Shown: piece by piece, positions 62,097-64,000 of the stretch
Numbering within the stretch: position 1 is the first letter of the stretch
Layout: every line of letters starts with the position of its first letter
Source: Daphnia carinata
Lineage: Eukaryota
Assembly: GCF_022539665.2 (NCBI RefSeq)
Contig: NC_081333.1
Span: 8,246,001-8,310,000 of the forward strand
Direction of reading: 5' to 3'
Length of the DNA stretch: 64,000 nucleotides
Position numbers and translations under genes: made by a program
Notes under the pieces: model-generated
Seen by the model: the letters and a program-made list of their open reading frames with translations, nothing else
Told to the model about the DNA's origin: nothing
Database searches by the model: none

Positions 62097-64000
62097 TCGA
62101 GGCAGAAAGAGATATGTATGGATGGAGGGCAACGAAAAGGGTCGACCAAAAGGCTGTAATTACTAACAACAACAAAGAAAAAGTTGTGGAACGGCCCGTA
62201 GGTTCTACATGATGTCTATACGCGTATGTGTGTGTGTGCGATGAGTGGGCTATACTGCTGCGCTCGCTATGCGCTCCTTCATATACAAGTCCGATGCATT
62301 CCAGCAAAAGTCTGAGAAGACTCCACCAGCAGAGGAGCGAATGCATTATTATTACTCTATTCCTCTTTCTCACGCTTTCCACAACAATACCTCCCACCAT
62401 TTTCTTGGACGGGAAAAGACTTTTTTTTTTCCTTTTTCTCTCCCTCTTTCACAGTTCCATCTTTTCGAGCCCCCGACCCCCAACTACTCGGCTCGCAATC
62501 GGCACACCCACAGCGCGGGCGGCATCACATCGGTAAGCATCCGGCGGGTCCCACGGATCGCCGAGATAAAGCCGTTTACAGCGTTAGAAATTCGAAGCGA
62601 AAAATGTGCCACTCGATTCGCGAATGCCGATCCTCGTAGGAGCGACGTGCACAAAGTGAAGAAGTCAAACAAATTTTTTCGAAAACTCGGGGGGTTATTT
62701 TTAGCAATCCATTTTTATGCATTTATTTCCATAGTCCATAGCGTCCCTGAGACCGTCATGGCTATCGTTTCGACTCGAAGCGCATCGAGGTTTTAGAAAA
62801 TTGGTGCCGCTGACCATTCCTATCGAAGTGAACTTGCAATCCCTCAGCTAAAAATTCCTCCCGCTCATAAAAAAAAAAAATTAAAAAAAAAAAAAATAAA
62901 TAAAATAAACCCTACCCGATATGACATCCCCTGTGCAACAGAGCTACAATAGTCCAGACATACCGTCAACGCCCCATTTGCTTCTTCGGACGAGCCGAAA
63001 AAAGGAAAACGAACCGTCGTTTTTAACGGGCATGCGACCGTTTGCAAAACTCGTATTCGTTCCTCTTTATGACACCCGAACGACGGCCGTCGGGCATCTA
63101 TCAAGATGTCCGTGTGTCGGCTTCGGTCGTCTACGATCAGTTTCCCTTTTTAAACACTTGAAAATAAAATAAAACAAGATATCTGTCTCCACCCCCGTGT
63201 AAAAAAAAAAACAAACAGGGAACGCAAAACTAGTTTTGCGTATATGGTCGATGCTGCCTGGCGTTAAGGTCGTGTCGACAAGGTAGAAAAGAAACGAAAA
63301 GTTATTGCGAGTGTTTGCGGAAATAGACGCAAAAAAAAGGCTTCATTTTTCAGGGTCGTATTTTGTGCTCGATGTCCGAGGATGGTTGCGGTGTTACAAC
63401 TTCCAAGAGTTCATTGACTTTTCCCAATTTCTTGCTGTCGAGTGTGGACGTAGACAAAAAAAAAATGTTTAAGTTTACGGGGGAAAAGAAATATATAAAC
63501 TTTTTAAAGAAAAGCCCATCATTAAATGAATCTTTTTGCCATTGACTGATCGTAAAAAAAAAAAAAAAAGATTTTTTTTAAGCAAATTTTTCTTGTTCAA
63601 GAATTCTGTCAAAGTTTACGTACGTCTCTTTTTTTCATAACTTTCGTGGCACCCCCGCCATTTCCTCGGTTCAAGAAACTCTTGCGCCTCGTGCCTCGCA
63701 ATATATATGCCCCACGTTGGCAGACGAGCGGTCGTATACTGGAACAATATAAGAAACGACATACGTTGGGGGGGCTGCAAAATATTTTGGATAGTGAAGG
63801 GGGAAAAAAAAAATTTCAAAACGAATTGAAAACGGTAAAAGATGTGCTGCTGTAGCCAAAGGTATCGAGCTGCGATAGGTGCAATGAACCGTTACGCAGA
63901 CGGAGTAGCCTAGTAGACGTATGATGACGGCAACATTTACAACAGAAGCGGCAGCAATACGGAAACAGGCTGGAATCGAAGCGTGCAATTTTTCCTTGAA

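Overview
Eukaryotic, AT-rich, gene-dense arthropod DNA with many short (~60-80 bp) GT-AG introns. The style and gene content suggest a branchiopod crustacean such as Daphnia (inference). Bases 1-27.5 kb hold tightly packed genes: the 3' part of Rod/KNTC1, an RNF4-like RING ligase, SENP8, a C-factor-like SDR, DNAJC24, RPS28, TGFBRAP1/Vps3, a group XII-like PLA2, kinesin heavy chain, spermidine synthase, and a divergent ionotropic receptor with CFAP20 nested antisense in one intron. Bases 29-53 kb hold two M14A carboxypeptidases, two tandem integrin alpha genes (one lacking genu and calf domains), a CUB-domain gene, and a 6.4-kb repeat-rich island (39.4-45.8 kb). The island contains a hAT-type MITE with an 8-bp TSD, a 1.7-kb inverted repeat with tRNA-like heads at its centre, and a 660-bp palindrome. 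Bases 53-64 kb are non-coding with microsatellites. The most novel signal is a dispersed family of 'tRNA-Ala-like head + A-rich spacer + multi-hairpin module' elements (6.8-7.3 kb, 28.1 kb, and both arms of the 41.8-43.5 kb inverted repeat), with one compensatory base change. Exon boundaries were read by eye, and gene coordinates span start to stop including introns.
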